This document shows, in pieces, positions 46,019-64,000 of a DNA stretch of 64,000 nt. The position numbers and the translations under genes are program-made. The notes beneath the pieces are model-generated. The model made no database searches, was not told the origin of the DNA, and was given only the letters and a program-made list of their open reading frames with translations. The DNA comes from the human T2T-CHM13v2.0 reference genome, Homo sapiens, in the NCBI RefSeq assembly GCF_009914755.1, contig NC_060929.1; one strand, given 5' to 3'. Numbering within the stretch: the stretch's first letter is position 1; every line of letters starts with the position of its first letter.

Positions 46019-46429
46019 TGAAAGGAGTTAGCCAGCTTTAGGGAGACTGTAAGGGAAGGGTCCCCAGAGAACCTCCGACTGGTGTTTTGTGCAGATAAGG
46101 GAACTTGCACAAGGGACTTGCGTAAGCATGCCTGCTGCGGATTAAGAGCGCGCATGCGCACTGGGGGAATGGGATGGAGCCACCCGGGATTCTCGCCTTA
46201 TACAAACAGGGAACCCAGCCTCCTTAGCTTTCATATAAAAGCCTTTGTATTCAACCGTTAAGGAGCAACCGGCAACCTGCTTTCAGGACCCTTGTTTTTT
46301 ATGAGAGCTTTCGTTTACGCTTAATAAATTCTACTCCACTCACTCTTCGATATCCGCCTGCCCACTTCCTCCTGATCGTGAGACAAGGACCCGGATATAG
46401 CTGAGCTTAGAAGCAAAAATCCTGCATCA
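46019..46429 (+). mobile_element. Complete ERV1 solo LTR (MER83/MER84-like; subfamily uncertain)
   Basis: TG...CA ends with perfect ATAG TSD; TATAAAA near 46234; AATAAA at 46323; GCGCATGCGC at 46150-46159. Confidence 0.85.
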
Positions 46430-46433
46430 ATAG

Positions 46434-47885
46434 CAAATGCGGACACTGAACGACTAGCGGAGTACCCAGCGGCAAACTTTAGTTTTTGGTGCAGTTAAGG
46501 TATTGCCACTAAGAAATCGTCGTCTCTGAGAAATATCGAGGCTTGGAAGGTTGTACAGTGCTTCCACCGAGAAAGCACCTACCCAATGAAACGCCTGTGG
46601 CAGAAAAACCGAGCCCAAGCCCTTCCAGCGAAAGTGCTGAAAGAGCGCCTCCTCGGCCAATCACTGGGCTGAGACCGTGAGACAGCCAGCCCGGGGAAAG
46701 TGGCGGCGCTAGGAGAGGGGAAGCGTTACCACAAAGCACTTCTGAGTCTTGTGAACAAGAAACGTTCTGGGTTGTTTTGTTTTTGAGAAGGAGCCTCGCT
46801 CTGTCACCCAGGCTGGAGTTCAGTGGCGCAATCTCGTCTCATTGCAACCTCCGCCACCTGGGTTCAAGCATACTGCCTCAGCCTCCCGAGTAACTGGGAT
46901 TGCAGGCACGCGCCACCACGGCCAGCTAATTATTGTATTTTTAGTACAGACGGGGTTTCACCCGCTGGCCAGGCTGGTCTCGAACTTCTGACCTCGAGTG
47001 ATCCACCCGCCTCGGCCTCCCTAAGTGCTAGGATTACAGGCGTGAGCCACAGCGCCCCGCCGAAACGTTCTGTTGTGTTCAGCGCTTCCAGCGGTGCAGC
47101 AGCCGAGAAAACACTGAGTCTCCGCTATTGGCGAAAGTGCTGATGCGAAACTGCTGGCTCGACATAGGCACAGAGCCGCGGAAGAGAACCCTAGAGACCA
47201 GGCACCAGCTCTGCTCCCCGGCTCACGGGAGAAAGCTAGTTAGTAGGAAGCTGAGACATGATACTCAAAATCAGTAGAAGAAATTATGCCACATTTACTC
47301 TCCTGGGGAAGGCAGTGGGTAAGAAAAAATAAAATACATAACATTTACATAAAAAATAAAATAAATTTTTAAAGCAAACAGAAATGAAAATAAAATACAC
47401 CAGTAACCTCGCTCCCAGAAAAAGACACATCAAAAAAAATTTTTTTGAGTATACAAAACATACAAATAACCCTACAAAGAAATTGCAGTGTTGAACGATG
47501 CGATCCTACGGCTATATTTGTATTAGCACTAAACCTGTGCCTCTTGCGCCTATTCGAAAATTCCTCGGATTAAGAAGAAACAGCCATGGCTAAACCGGTA
47601 TTTGCGACACCAAAAAGTTCCTGTAGCCTAGACACCTCAACTTCTGCATGAGTGAAAAATCACAAGCACAGCCAGGGCGAGAATCTCTATTGTGAAATCA
47701 CACTTGGTATGACTAAAAGATTTCAGGCACTGCTAAATTTTTTTTTTAATTACATTCTCCAGTACCCAGATTTCTACAAGACTTAAAAACCGTACGAACG
47801 GCTATAATGGGGGTTCCTATTACAAAACAGGAGCTTGCAACGACTACGTAGGCACGGTTAAAGCCAGCATTGTTACAACTAGAAA
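46434..47885 (-). repeat. Inverted, more diverged third copy of the CpG module
   Basis: 47062-47885 is reverse-complement homologous to ~31790-33065; 46500-46640 matches the reverse complement of 56700-56800 (aagaaa.cgtcgtctctgagaaa). Confidence 0.85.
46772..47061 (-). mobile_element. AluS
   Basis: TSD gaaacgttctg. Confidence 0.92.
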
Positions 47886-47956
47886 TCGAAACTGGAATAA
47901 ATCTCAACTTGCTACGCTAAGAAATAGCTAAACCCTGACTTGGTCAGACTAAGAAA

Positions 47957-48145
47957 TCGGGAGTTTGAGAGCAGCCCGGGCAACATGGCGAAACCCCGTC
48001 TCTACAAAAAATTCTGGGTGTGGCGATGGGGAGCCTGTAATCCCAGCTGCTGGAAAGACTGAGGCGGGAGAATTACTGGAGGTTGCAGTGAGCCGAGATC
48101 GCACCACTGCACTCCAGCCTGGGAGACAAAAATGGACAAACAAAC
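47957..48145 (+). mobile_element. Partial Alu
   Basis: ggagtttgagagcagcccgggcaacatggcgaaacccc...cactgcactccagcctggg. Confidence 0.85.
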
Positions 48146-49069
48146 CAACAAACAAAGTTAACATTCTGAATAGGTTTATCAACATAAAGACACTGCTAGC
48201 TAACATTGGCTAGCCTCTCTAGATCTGCTAGAGATGTTTGCCTTTCTAGATCTGCTTACCATGCTTCAGTCACCTCTATGTTGCAAGAATTAACCTGCAT
48301 GGACTGCACTGGAGAGCTACTTTTGCTCCCAGGATTCTGATTGAGTTTAGGCACTGAAAGACACCAGCTGTTCAGAGATATGGAGTAGACCTTGCTTTGT
48401 TCCCCCTGGGCCTCAGTATATTGAATTATTTTACCTGAAGTCAAAATTAGGCTGCACTGCGGCTCCAACAGTTCCAGCAGACACAGGGAGGGCAGCACTG
48501 AAAGGGCAACACTTCGTCCTGGACATCTCAAAGTCCAGCCCCCGGTGATCCCGGCAGCCATCCGCCAGACCCTCTGAGGCCACATCTGCCTCACTTCTCA
48601 ACTGAGCCATCTTCCCAGCATAAACAGCCGCTGCTTCCTCCTCCTCCGCCCTCTCCTCACATCCCCTGTGAATCTGAAGCCTGCAGGCAGGAAAAAGCAG
48701 CCCTTTTTCCCTCCAACATCCCCACCCTCACCTCTCAGGAGTAGAGTGTGCTTAGTGCGCCCCCAGCCCTGTCAGTTCTTCCGACTCTTATTCCAACTCG
48801 GGAGCCCTCCCAGGCGCCTATCCTAACTGGACCTTAGGGACCTTGAGTCTACTGAAGCCAGGAAGCCCACCCCTTGAAAACCTCCGGTGACTTCACAAGG
48901 ATACCCAGCCCCTAGTCGGGCAAGAGACCATTCTCTGGGGAAAGAAAATTCTGTGGTGGCTTGTAGGTTCCTCTTTCTTTTCTCTGACCTCTTTTCTCAG
49001 TTCTGCTCATTTCACTCCTCTAGTGGGAAGACCTCAACCCTCCTCTCCCTTCCTCTACCCACTGTCAAG

Positions 49070-49071
<2 letters not shown>

Positions 49072-49113
<42 letters not shown>
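49072..49113. repeat. (CA)n microsatellite
   Basis: acacacac... tract. Confidence 0.98.
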
Positions 49114-49782
49114 ATCCACCTGGGGCTGCTCGACGTTTTCCTCCTCTGTCTTCCCTGGAGTCTTCCCTTGTCTTTCCTGTGCAGCAGAAGGTGGATGGTG
49201 ATTCTCATCCACCTTCAATGCCCTATACTCCCCACACGGAGGAGACACATTGGTGAAATAGGATTGATTTTTGTCCCCTGGTGGACCAGCAGATGTCCTG
49301 GTTTCTGCCTCACACACCAAAGGAAGTGCTTGACTGCTTTTTTCAGCTTGGGTTAACCTGCTGATCCATCAGCATAGCTTGTTACAGATATAATCCAGGT
49401 TATGTACGTGTGCTGGAGACAGCCACATGCCACCCTGGAAGTCCCTCACGGCTCTTCCTGGTCTTCTTTTCTCAGCCAGGAGATAGAGGAAAAGCGTCAG
49501 TGGGGCTGGGAAATCAATGACTGCCTGAGTTTCCTAACTTCCACATCACTTCTGGAGCCATGCCAGTTAGGGATCTCACCAGTCCTTTAATGTGCCCTGG
49601 GGGAGACCATTGTAATAGCACTTGAAATCCCAGAGACAGCAAGGGTCCCACTGAAAGCACCTGGCACAGTATTCTCTGGTAGAATTTGGAATCCAGTTTT
49701 CCATTGACTGTTGTCAATTTTGAAACCCAAAGAAATCAGCACATGTGCTGCTGCTCTTCTGGGAGGTCCAGCAGACACAGGG

Positions 49783-50357
49783 TCAAATTCTGTAAAATAG
49801 TTGATGAGATTTATTGTGAACCAAATGTGAGTGACCATTAGCCCATGAAACAGCCATCAGGAGATCCTGAGAACATGTGCTTCAGGTGGTCAGTGCACAA
49901 CTTGGTTTATATATATTTTAGGAAGTCATGAGATCAATACAATTAAGGTGTTGTACATTGGTTCAGTCCAGAAAGGCAGTACAACTGGAAGCATGATCTT
50001 TCAAGTTGGAGAGGTTCAAAAATTTTATGATTGGCAATTTGTTGCAATAACTATTATCTCTAGAAAGGAATGCCTGGGTTGCCATAAGGTGTTCCAGAGA
50101 CAAAGGTGTCGCAGATGAAGCCTCCAGGTGGAAGACTTCAGAGAGATAGATTGTAAATGTTTCTAACCAGACTTAAAGAGTCTGTTCTATCAATAATTTT
50201 AAAAGAGAGGAGAATATAATGAGGCATGTCTGACTCCCCCTTCCCAGCATGGCTTGAAACTACTTTTTCAGTCTAACTTTGGAATGCCCTTGGCGGAGAA
50301 GAGGGGTCCATTCAGATGTTGGTGGCAGGGGGCTTCAAATTTTATTTTTGGTTTACA
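49783..50357 (-). mobile_element. MER4B/D-like LTR
   Basis: aggagatcctgagaacatgtgc...gcagatgaagcctccagg...ttttatttttggtttaca. Confidence 0.8.
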
Positions 50358-50785
50358 ATAGCAATGAAGTAATAACCACATTCAAGTTTAGTAAATGAGT
50401 GAGCCCTCATCTACTATGGTTATGTTTGTGTCCTGGTCTGAAAACCAATTTTTTTTTTTTATTGTTTTCTGGAATTATTCCTGGACATGAGGACTCTACC
50501 TGTCAGAGTTCAGTTAGGAAAAGAAACCAAAGCAGCCCACACCGTGAGAGCCAAGCTAATGTGCTGCCATCCCACTGCCAAGCCATAACCAGAATGACTG
50601 TTCATCTTTTTATTGCCTCATGTCCCACTAAGCCTGCCTACCATTGTGACCCTGTTGGTAAGGCAAATTTAGAAATGGAGGTTTTAGGAGTCCAGGCCCA
50701 CAACTCAAGGGAGGAAACAAAAAGGCATAAATGTGCCTAACCACGAAGAATAAACACAGTAAAATAATAACTAAATGTGTTTTAA

Positions 50786-51375
<590 letters not shown>

Positions 51376-51763
51376 ATGACTTCTTTTAACACAAAAACCC
51401 AATGTACTATCACTGTACTAACTACAAGATTAGACAACAAAAAAAACATTTTATTACATGACACTATGCCATAGGCAATGAGTTCCTCTAATTGAGCACA
51501 GTTTAAAAGTTGAGACATGACCATTTTCATTTGCATCCATGAAGCTCTGTGGCTGTATGTATAATCTCAATTGGAGGAAAAATCTAACATCTACATTTGA
51601 GGCTCATGAGTCTGAGGCCTTGTTCGATTGGCCCTCCTGTGGATATCCCCTCGCCCCACTGGCCCCAAGCCTACACATCTTATTAGATTTGAGCTTAGTC
51701 CTCTGAGTGGGGTCTTGGAACCAGGAGCCTGGCTCTTGGAATATCTCCATTAATGTTTGCTGA

Positions 51764-52079
<316 letters not shown>

Positions 52080-52659
52080 TTAAATACATTTTTTCAAAAG
52101 TAGGGATTAGAGGATAGCAGTTAGGTTCTAATGAGAGAAAAGAGATTGAAAATGTGAACGGGGTTTCCAAATGCTGCTCCACTTATTTTTTAGATATCAG
52201 ACTCTGCAATCCCCTTCCTACATTTATCCCTGCATGGCAATTTTTACCAAGTGCTTCCATAATATAATCCAACTTACAAATATTTATAATATTCACCTGA
52301 ATTCAATATTGTGAACTTAAGAGCCATATGTCTTCAATAACCCCTTAACAGCCATCTGATTATGATTCAAATCCAGGAATTCTAATTCATTCTGGAAGCA
52401 GATACCTCTCAGATCCACTCTGAGTATACTCAAGTCCCCCACAGCTTTACTCTAAAGGAGGCAAAAGTTACAGCTGAACTAGAAACATCTGAGCCATTCC
52501 AGATTCTTCAGCCTAGCAAGGTTAAAGTCAGACCTTGAAAACAATTGAGTTCACTGGGGTCCAGTATCTGGACCTTTTATGCCATATATTCGTATATCCA
52601 CTTTCCTATTTTGAAATACAAAGCAGCACCAAATTCATACAAATCTTTTCTTTCCCCAC

Positions 52660-52940
52660 CTTCAGACAGAGTCTCCCTCTGTGGACCAGGCAGGAGTGCA
52701 GTGCCACAAACAGGGCTCACTGCAGTCTCAACATCCTGGACTTAAACAATCCTCTCACCTCAGCCTCCACAGTAGCTGGCAGCAAGGTGCATGCCACCAC
52801 CTTGGGTTAATATTTTTTATTTTTTTGTAGAGATGGGGTCTCCCCATGTTGCCCAGGGTGGTCTCAGACTCCTGAGCTCAAGCAGTCCTCAACTTCAGCC
52901 TCCCAAAGTGCTGGGATTACAGACCTGAGCCACCATGCCC
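52660..52940 (-). mobile_element. AluJ-like
   Basis: ctccccatgttgcccagg...ctcctgagctcaagcagtcc. Confidence 0.85.
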
Positions 52941-55759
52941 AAATTCACACAAACCTATGCCCCCAGCTCAGACTCTGGTGCTGCAGGCCTGTATTCTTTC
53001 TTATTTACTGAATGGCTCTTTTGAAAGCCCCCAGACAATTCTAAATCCAGTCTTACTCAACTTGAAGATTCCTTATCTTGGCTAATGACGGCAAAAATAA
53101 ATAAATAAATAAAATAAATAAATAAATAAATATATATAGTTTAGCAAAATTCACAAATTTTATCTTAGAATAAATTTTATCTTTTCTTGCTTCCTTTCTT
53201 CCTCTTCTGCCTTTTTTCCTTCCTTCTTCCTTAACCATAACTCTAACTCTAAATCTAACCAGGTGACTGAATCCTTCATGGCATATTACTTGTCACCCTC
53301 TACATCAGCATCCCCCCTTCCCAGGAGAAATTGCATCTTCCCTTTCACTTTCCTTAGCAGAGGATTCCTGGTAACTCCATACAGAAAGATTCTCCTGGTG
53401 TTCTTCAGACTTGAGGAAAAGCAGATTCCTCTCACAAGGGTGCTTGTTGGTTCAAATTAGCATCATGACGTTCACGAATTCCATTATACTGTTAAATCAG
53501 AATTCTGCTTTCAGAAGCCCAAATTCACAATATCCTGAAGCACCACTGATTTCCTCCTACAGGAAAGACAAACACACACACATAATTGTTAGTCAAGAGT
53601 TTATCGGTCACCAAAATTGGGTAAACTTTTGGAACTTGTCAGTGAATACAGCCCCAAATTACTACAGCAAATGGAACCAGGAAGAAGAAATTCTGTGGAG
53701 GAACTAGGAGGAAGAACATGTGTGGAGGTGCATTGGAGTGGTAGTCACAGGGCTCCCCTGCACCTTGCAGGGTCTAGTGGATCCTGCGGTTTATAATCTA
53801 TCAAACATTTGTAGAGAGTGTTTTACAAAACAAACAGACAAAACAAACAAAAAAACAGACACAAAACCCTCTAAGTTACAGGTAAGCTTAGGACAGGCAG
53901 GAAATTGGGAGGGTGAATCTTCAATCCCAGAGACCAACAGCAAATGGTTCATTTTTTGTAGGTGAACCAGAGGCATGGTGGAGCCCTCCGTTGGCACCAA
54001 GCAGAATTCTTCACTTTCTTACTCTAGATTACTTACCCTGGGACATTTTTGCCTTTTACTTTCTGTCTAGACTCCTGCATGATCTTTGTTTTTACCTGCT
54101 CTACTACAGTTATAACTGTTACCATCTTTTCTGAGCCTAAAATCAAGAACCAATACCTGACAAAGAAGTAGATTGTTAAAACCAAGAGTTTCTCTGTATC
54201 AGGAAAGTATTCATATGAATTCCTGCCTCCTAATTTATTAGTTGCCCAGCTTTCTGCAACATACCAACTGACCAGAAGATTCACCTGTACACACCACCTG
54301 AGTGTTGGGGACTTTTTCTTTCTTGGCCCTCCCACCTCCCACTGTTTTTCTGTTTTGTGTCACTTTCATTTGGTTAATAATATTCTAACAAGATTTGTCA
54401 TTATAGTTATCTTAGTTTGATGAGATTTTTCTTCATGAAATTGAACAAAAATATCAGTCTTTGTTAATTCTTTATTATTTATTGTTTCGGATGACACACC
54501 AGGAAGGGAAATAGGAAAGGCTCTACATCATTTGTCGTATGTGCTCCACAATTTGCCCTCAAGTTTGAATCCTAGGTCCTACCACCCACACAAAACTGCC
54601 ATTGCCAGCCTGCTCAATTCTACCCAATCTCTAGCCATTTTCATACTGCAAAGTTCCTATGACCTCCTCCCAAGGAGCTCAATTCTGTACTTTACCTCTT
54701 CCTGACCTCCCTGGAATCCACCCCGCCTCCAACCACACTGTAATTAGAATCTGAATTCTGCAACTACCTTGATGTTAGTCTCTGTAGGGGAGCAGCCTGC
54801 AGCCTCCTATGGACTCCCATTAAGACAGGATATTCCTTCCGTCTAGGGGGTGCTGATTGCAACTTTTTTGCTAAGATGAAAAGCTGGAGTCGAAATGAGA
54901 AGAGAGGAGTTGTGGCAGGTATTTTGTTTTGCAATGGCTCCAGACTGCTCTTCTGTTTGATAAAGTGGCTGTAACTATGTGGGTGGGAACAGTGCAGTTT
55001 TTTCTTTATTCTCCCACCCACAAAACCAGGAGGAAATTGGAAGGGCCTCAAATACCAGGGAATGTTTTGGCTAGCTGAAGACGGGGTAAGGTGGGAAGGA
55101 GATATTGAGGCAAACATCTTGGGAGAGGGTGAGAATTACAAGGCCAAAATGGATTTCCTTACCAGGCAGGCATATCTCTGCCTTTGTCCTGGCATGGCCT
55201 CTACCTAGGATGCCCCAGGGAAAGGATAGTTTGGTTTGCACAGGAGCAGCAGTGATGAAAATCGGAAATGATGAGTGTGGTTGGAGATATTTGTGGCAGG
55301 GTTTGTAGGTCTCTTTGAGGGGGCTCAACTCACAAAGTGCAGATTTTTATTAAAATATAAATGCTTGTGGGAAAGGACATTTTCCTACTGAGCAGTGGCA
55401 GTCCCATATTTCTTCTCAGATTTAAAAAAAAAAGGCCTCAGTCTGAAAAGTGAGGAGATGGAGGATTTGAGCACTTACAAGTTCACCTGCATTGCATTTC
55501 CCAGAAGATAGAAATCAATGATGCATTTTGAAGATCATGCTGCTAGAGACAGAGAACCACAACTTGAGCTTTTCTCTGGGCTTAGAGAGGAGGTGTATGT
55601 CTCGCTGTCAATTCTACATCCAACGCTGGAATCTTTCAGCCCATTTTCCTCCCCGGCTGTTTTTGAACTACTATCCCCAAATATCGAGGATATCTGACAG
55701 AGTGAACCATCAGAATAAGGAGCGATTGCCACAGAGTTCCATCCAGTAGGGGAGGGACT

Positions 55760-59060
<3,301 letters not shown>

Positions 59061-59598
59061 AGGTTGTGGGCGGTGGCCTCTCCCTTTTTATCCAGTACTG
59101 GGAGAGTACTCATTGGACAGCTGTAATTTGGGACTGCTTTCCAGCCCTTGTTGGTGGCTTCAATTAAATACTTTATCAGAAAAATAGAAACTTTAAGCCC
59201 AAATGATTTTTCAGGTTCACTTGATTTAAGTAAATCTTTGACAAATAAGCTGCATTTAAAATTATCAGTAAAATAAAATTAGAAATGTCTTCAGAATTGT
59301 CAATATACATTATTGTTTAGATTTATTGGTCAGCGGTTTCTGATTTATCTCTGCTAGATATTATAAGGCGTGAAAATTTGGCATGAAGGTTATAAATCTA
59401 TAAATGCAACCCCAAACAGAATTATCTTTGTTCATGTAATTTTGGTAAATAAGGCATTTAATATCATTGGTTTAAAGAAAACAGCTAAATCTTGGGTTAC
59501 TGACAGAAGAGAAAAATCCATTTATTTAACCTTAAGGTTCTTACTTAGGTAAACACCTGATATTCACAGTCTATAATAATGGTTGACAGGGACATAAC

Positions 59599-60260
59599 TG
59601 TAACTGGCCCATATGTTCATTTTGCCTGTTGCCCAGATAGAGTTGATTTGTCAAGACAGCGAATTGCAATAAAGAGTTTAATATGGGCAGAGTTGGCTAA
59701 ATTGGAGACCTGAATTTTATTATTACTCAAATCAGCCTCCCAGAAAATTCAGAAGCCAAGGTTTTTCAAGGATAGTTTGGCAGAAGGGTGCTGCTGCTCA
59801 GCTGAGGAACAATCACAGGGGTGTGGAAAACAGTCCTCCTGCACTCAGTCCATTTCTTGAGTGGCGGCCACAGAGGAGTGGCTGATGCTGTTGGGGCCAT
59901 CAAAGTCTGAAAAGTCATCTCAAAAAGCCAAACCTAGGTTCTAGTAATTAGGGAAGTTGCAAATCTTGTGACCTCTGGAATAAGGGCTGGTAATCCTTTA
60001 ACTATGCCCACATCTTAGCAGAAATCAGGCCCTTCTCATCCTCCTAACCTGGTGGGCTTTCATCAGCTTTACAAAGATGGTTTAGTTTTGGGAAGGGCTA
60101 TTATCATATAAACTATAAACTAAATTTCTCCCTAAGTTAGGTTGGCCCATGCCCAGATCAAGGGCTGTTTGTAGGTTAAAGGCAAGATGGAGTTCGTTAG
60201 GTCAGGTCTCTGTCACTGTCAATATTTTCTCACTGTTAAAATTTTGCAAAGCTGGTTTCA
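59599..60260 (-). mobile_element. LTR8-like solo LTR
   Basis: tgtaac...ttttattattactcaaatcagcctccc...attttgcaaagctggtttca. Confidence 0.85.
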
Positions 60261-60571
60261 TGACTTTAAATGATAGCTAGCTATGTCTAATATCACAGAT
60301 TTTATAAGTAATCTAGGTAAACTATTTTAAAAAATAAATTAATTAGGTAAATGTAATGGAATAAATGCTTATAAGTAAACATACAATTTAGAATCTTAAA
60401 GTTAAATTAAATAATAGTCATTAAATGTCCAGGTCATGTCCAATTTTTAAAAAATTGTAGGAAAACATTTTTCCAAAAAAAGTGTTCTTATTAAAAGGAA
60501 AATAGTTTTGTCTAATTCACAGATTATTTGTGAAACAAGATAAAAGAAACCAGAAAAAAGAGAGAGAGATA

Positions 60572-60994
<423 letters not shown>

Positions 60995-61199
60995 TTATGT
61001 TATCTAGTTGGCTATAAATAAAAGGAAATTACAACAGTCTTTCTAGAGATTGGGCTTTGATACAAAAAAATACATTAATACTCAAAAGACTTGGTTAGAA
61101 CAACATTTTTGTAAAATATTATTTACTCTTAATAAGTTATATTTTAATTTACCCAAATTTTCAACTTTTATTGCATCTCAATGTTTTCAGCTTTCTCTC

Positions 61200-61523
<324 letters not shown>

Positions 61524-61956
61524 TCTCTCCTTTTTAAGGCCTGAGATAATAACTTTCCCTTCAACTTTTTTGTCAGCTCCTGTAACTTTTTTCCTTAGGT
61601 TTTAACTGTTGTTGTGGTCTGATGCTAAAAAACACTTCATCTTTAGGATCAAAACGAAATGTATTCTTCCAATATAACATTCTGTGCTCTTGACTTTTTA
61701 AAATATATCTAAATTGTTCTATGAAACCAAAAAACTTCACTTATGTCCTGGGACACACTCTTCCTATGTCTAATTAATTCAAGTGCCCTTTTCATTAGTT
61801 TTGACTTGAAGGTTGTCTAAATGGAATCCCATATGGAAAAGCACATCCTTTTTTGCCTTTTGGTAGCCAGCCTGAGAATAACATATTTTACATTTTATCA
61901 AAATAATTCCTATGTCATTACTAGGTTTTTATTTGCTCAGAAAAACTGAGATTTAA

Positions 61957-62225
61957 GGAGGCTGAGGCAGGCATATCACGAGGTCAGGAGTTCAAGACCA
62001 GCCTGGCCAACACAGTGAAACCCAGCTCTACTAAAAATACAAAAAATTAGCCAGAAGTGGTGGCGGGTGCCTGTAATCCTAGCTACTAGGGAGGCTGAGG
62101 CAAGAGAATCACTTGAACCTGGGAGGCGAAGGTTGCAGTAAGCCAAGATCGAGCCACTGCATACCAGCCTGGGTGACAGTGTGAGACTCTGTCTCAAAAA
62201 AAAAGAAAAGAAAAAGAAAAGAAAA
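61957..62225 (+). mobile_element. 5'-truncated AluS
   Basis: TSD aaaactgagatttaa. Confidence 0.9.
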
Positions 62226-62579
62226 CTGAGATTTAAAAAAATTAAGGTTAATTAAGGTTATTATATCCATGTAACTTTCTGTATTTCTTTTAAAGTTCTT
62301 GTGCTACTAATTTTCAGGGCTTTGACTCCTGAGTCTAAAAAGGTCACTAACTCCCGCTAAATTGAGAGCAATTGAAGCCTCATCTTCAGATCTAGGAGAA
62401 GATGAAAATCAGAATAAGCTGCAGTCATGAGACATGGCGCCAGAAATTAAGACTATTCAAACCCTCTAGTCCCAGGGACTATTGAAGAAGAAGTGGGTGT
62501 GTAAGCTTGTAAGGACCTATTTTAACAGATAAAATTAGTTCAGTTTCTGTATAATTTATAGATAATTTAATTTAAAGAG

Positions 62580-62876
62580 TTTTTTTTTTTTTTCCAGATA
62601 AGGTCTAGATCTGTCACCCAGGCTGGAGTACAGTGGCATAGTCCTAGCTCACTGCAACCTCCACCTCCCAGGCTCAAGTGATCCTACCACCTCAGCCTCC
62701 TAAGAAGCTGGGACTATAGATGTGCACCAACACGCATGGCTAATTTTTGTATTTTTTGTAGACACCGTGTTTCGCCATGTTGCCCAGGCTGGTCTCAAAC
62801 TCCTGAGCTCAAGCAGTCTGCCTGCCTGGACCGCCCAAAGTGCTGAGTTTACAGGTGCGAGCCACCACAGCCAGCC
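62580..62876 (-). mobile_element. AluJ-like (shared by all three blocks)
   Basis: Same site as 3955 and 34860. Confidence 0.85.
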
Positions 62877-63220
62877 TATAAAGTAAACGTGAATATCTAA
62901 GGAACACTGATGCAAGACCAGCATGTGGGACCCCATGTAAGATTAACAATGTTTTCATGGATCATTAACCCATTCTTATTAAAAAAATTATGAAAGATTA
63001 TGAAAAGGTTTACAAAAGTTGTATCTTATGGTCAAGATGATTAAAATTTATTAGATTTGTCTATAATATCTGAGAAAGATTTGATTGGCTTCATGCTGTC
63101 TTTATTAGCTCTTATTGTTTGGGAAAGCAAGTCTCAAAGAGTGAAAGGTTTTGGCTTTTAGTTTTTGAAAACTTTGAGTTACTGCTTAACTAAATGAATG
63201 ACTTATTTTTTACAATGACC

Positions 63221-64000
63221 TGTTGTGGGAAGTCAGGGACCCCAAACGGAGGGACCGGCTGAAGCCATGAAAGAAGAACGTGGATTATGAAGATTTTATG
63301 GACATTTATTAGCTCCCCAAATTAATACTTTTGTAATTTCTTATGCCTGTCTTTACTGCAATCTCTAAACATAAATTGTAAAGATTTCATGGACACTTAT
63401 CACTTCCCCAATCAATACCCTTGTGATTTCCTATGCCTGTCTTTACTTTAATCTCTTAATCTTGTCAGTTGAGGAGGATGTATATCATCTCAGGACCCTG
63501 TAATAATTGCGTTAAGTACACAAATTGTACAGCATGTGTGTTTGAGCAATATGAAATGTGGGCACCCTAAAAAAAGAACAGGGTAACAGCAATTGTTCAG
63601 GGAATAAGAGAGATAACCTTAAACTCTGACCGCCGGTGAGCCGGGCAGAACAGAGCCATATTTCTCTTCTTTCAAAAGCAAATGGGAGAAATATCGCTGA
63701 ATTCCGTCCCTGAGAAAGAGAATGCGCACCTAGGGGTAGGTCTCTGAACTGGCCGCCCCGGGGCGTACCTGTCTCTTATGGTCGAGATTGCAGAGGTGAA
63801 ATAAACTCCAGTTTCCCATAGCGCTCCCAGGCTTATTAGGAAGAGGAAATTCCCGCCTAATAAACTTTGGTCAGACCAGTTGATCTCAAAACCCTGTCTC
63901 CTGATAAGATAATATCAGTGACAATGGTGCCAAAACTTCATTAGCAATTTTAATTTCGTTTCGGTCCTGTGGTCCTGTGATCTCGCCCTGCCTCCACTTG
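63221..64000 (+). mobile_element. MER11 LTR (HERV-K11/HML-8), runs off the window
   Basis: tgttgtgggaagtcagggaccccaaacggagggaccggctgaagccatg; repeated tatgcctgtctttact. Confidence 0.92.

Noticed and set aside
48256-48690. Possible minus-strand TRIM RING-like exon (LCLLELLEP), and a 15-mer ccagcagacacaggg repeated at ~49768
   Set aside because: Lacks the conserved Cys/His spacing; too short to support a call.

Overview
Hominid genomic DNA (human or great ape, judged from SVA, AluY and L1PA elements), dense in repeats, with no recognisable intact known protein-coding gene. Main contents: (1) a processed PRELID3B/SLMO2 pseudogene at about 11.5-12.4 kb; (2) an unassigned intronless 238-aa ORF at 9874-10590 with a DUX4-type motif, TATA box, strong Kozak context and AATAAA, which is the best candidate for something undescribed; (3) an SVA_D-like element nested inside an SVA_B-like element at 17.6-20.7 kb; (4) an old local segmental duplication. 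A CpG-rich module built from a degenerate internal motif occurs twice in direct orientation (about 27.5-34 kb and 53.8-59.1 kb) and once inverted and partial (about 46.4-47.9 kb), and the adjoining ERV1-internal block occurs three times. Also present: an Alu-split tRNA-Pro-like relic, several solo LTRs, L1 fragments, MER1B and about 40 Alus. Subfamily calls come from remembered consensus sequences, and repeat boundaries are approximate unless a TSD is quoted.
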